A stretch of 64,000 nt of DNA, from NCBI GenBank assembly GCA_038087875.1, contig CM075983.1, positions 25,978,001-26,042,000 of the forward strand, read 5' to 3'. The position numbers were made by a program, and so were the translations under genes. Numbering within the stretch: position 1 is the first letter of the stretch; each line of letters starts with the position of its first letter. Under the pieces are notes generated by a model. It worked only from the letters and a program-made list of their open reading frames with translations. It was not told the DNA's origin and did not search any database. This DNA comes from Malacoraja senta. Lineage: Eukaryota. Below are positions 62,132 to 64,000 of this stretch, piece after piece.

Positions 62132-64000
62132 TGTAGCGATACCTTGTGGTGGCTCTGTTATTATCGAACCCTCGTGATTGGCTGGAGAAGTCACATGAGC
62201 GCCGGAGTTTATTCGTGGGCTTTTTCTGTAATGGTTCATTCTAGCGCCACGCGAGTAGAATAAACATCGTTGTTATTTGGCTGTCTTTTGCGACTCGGGT
62301 AATTTCTTTATTTTCGTTCCAAAATAAAGAATTTTTGCACACCCAAACGTCTCGACTCGCCAAACTGGTGACCCCGATAGTCCGACTGAATTTCGGACGT
62401 TCAACATGCAAGCCGCCGCCATTCCCGATGCCCAGCAAAACGCTATGGGCTTCAAGCTGCCTGTGTTCTGGGCAGAGCAATCGCAGGTGTGGTTTACCCA
62501 CATGGAGGCGCAGTTCCACCTGAGGGCGCTACCTTTTTTTTTTTTTTAAAAAGGTAGACCTGGTCCGCGGTTATAAACAGATCCCTCGGCACCCGGACGA
62601 TGTACCAAAGACCGCCACCATCACCCCGTTCGGGATTTTTGAGTGGCTTTGTATGCCTTTTGGTTTAAAAAACGCCGTGCAGGCGTTCTAAAGACTAATG
62701 GACATGGCCGGTAGGGGATTGAACTTCGTTTACATCTACCTCGATGACATCCTGGTTGCGAGCCGCTCTCAGCAGGAGCACCTCACGCACCTGCGGACTC
62801 AGTTCCAGCGGCTCCAAAACCATGGACTTATAATCAATCCCTCCAAATGTCAGTTTGGACTCCGCTCTATTTAGTTCCTGGGGCACTACGTCACCTCGCA
62901 GGGCGCCACCCCATTGCCCTCTAAGGTGGAGGCCATCTGGCAGTTTCCCCGGCCACGCACGGTAAAAGGGCGACAGGAATTTGTCGGGATGATCAACTTC
63001 TACCACCGCTTCGTGCCGGTGGCAGCCAGAATCATGCGCCTCCTCTTCCAGTGCCTCGCGGGCAAGCCACGGGAGCTCATATGGTCCACCGAGGCAGATG
63101 CCACGTTCGAGGGCGCGATAGTGGCACTAGTTGGAGCCACCATGTTGGTACACCCGCGGGCCACGGCCTCGACGGCTCTCATGGTGGATGCCTCCGATAC
63201 GGCTGTGGACGGGGTGTTGGAACAGCTCATTGACGGCCGCTGGCAGCCGCTAGCCTTTTTCAGCCGTCAGTTGAGGCCCCCCAAAGCAACTAAAGTGCTT
63301 TTGACCGAGAGCTCCTCGCTCTGTACCTGGCCATCCGGCACTTCTGATACTTTCTGTAGTGCAGGCCGTTCACAGCTTTTACAGACCATAAGCCCCTGAC
63401 GTTTGCCTTGGCCAAGGTCTCCGACCCATGGTCTGCTCGGCAGCAGCGACACCTGGTATTCGTGTCGGAGTTTACGATGGACGTGCAGCACGTGGACAGG
63501 AAGTGCAACTCGGTCACCGACGCCTTGTCCCGCCTGGCCCTCCCAGCTGTGGAGGCCTTGGACCATGGCATGGATTACGGGGAGTTGGCTACGCGCAGCG
63601 CGCGGACGAGGACATGTCAGACTACTGGACAGCCGCTTCTGGGTTGCGGTTGGCCGACGTTCCGTTCGGGCCCTCGGGCACGTTGGTGCTGTGTGACATC
63701 TCCACCGGCCGACCTCGTCCCATCATTCCCGTGGGTTGGCGCCATCGGATTTTCGACACCATCCACGGCCTGGCCCACCCTTCAAACCGGGTGACTTCCA
63801 TGCTGGTGGTGGACAAATGTGTCTGGCATGGCCTCCGCAAACGGGTTGCGGCCTGGGCTGGAGCCTGCATCCCTTGCCAAACATCCAAGGTGCAACGGCA
63901 TGTACGGCCCCCGGTGCAAGACTTCGCAGTTCCCTCGGGCAGTTTCCTACACATCCATGTGGATTTGGTGGGCCCGTTGCTGCCGTCCCGCGGTGTCACA
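62132..64000 (+). mobile_element. Gypsy/Ty3 LTR retrotransposon, internally deleted and decayed, runs off the window end
   Basis: 5' LTR about 62132-62364 (TGTAGCGA..., AATAAA); gag start KLPVFW..WF..EAQF at 62406; RT (PFGLKNA, YLDD); RNase H (DAS, TDHKPL, DALSR); integrase HHCC and HVDLVGPL. Confidence 0.93.
62366..62377 (+). promoter_or_regulatory. Primer-binding site complementary to the tRNA-Trp 3' end
   Basis: TGGTGACCCCGA directly after the LTR; complementary to the TCGGGGTCACCA end of vertebrate tRNA-Trp as recalled. Confidence 0.75.

Noticed and set aside
60746-64000. MAO exon 1 (expected DVxVIGxGISG)
   Set aside because: No matching minus-strand exon found; presumably beyond the window end.

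Overview
Vertebrate genomic DNA. The repeat content (HE1/V-SINE-like SINEs, HER1/CR1-like LINEs, abundant Penelope termini) suggests a cartilaginous fish, probably a skate or ray; this is inference. There are two convergent host genes. (1) A single-coding-exon GPR34-like GPCR at 9366-10418 (+). (2) A monoamine oxidase gene on the minus strand, with exons 2-15 at 60743 down to 19384. All boundaries are GT-AG, exon 2-14 lengths match human MAOA/MAOB as recalled, and the frame is open to the stop; exon 1 was not found. Most of the rest is transposon-derived: a near-intact Neptune-type Penelope-like element with a 15-bp TSD and a hammerhead-ribozyme-like motif, many Penelope termini including four fold-back insertions, a 13-kb inverted L1-inside-L1 nest in MAO intron 13, Rex1/Babar and CR1 LINE pieces, GC-rich non-coding retroposons, solo LTRs, two TIR elements and an internally deleted Gypsy element. 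There is a 200-N gap at 951-1150. Best leads: covarying, strand-specific RNA stem-loops conserved in the long inter-ORF spacer and 5'UTR of two divergent L1 lineages; Penelope fold-backs that all invert at the hammerhead motif; a non-tRNA SINE-like family with Rex-type 3' ends; and a divergent MAO with an unusual gate residue. No wholly new gene system is supported by the sequence alone.
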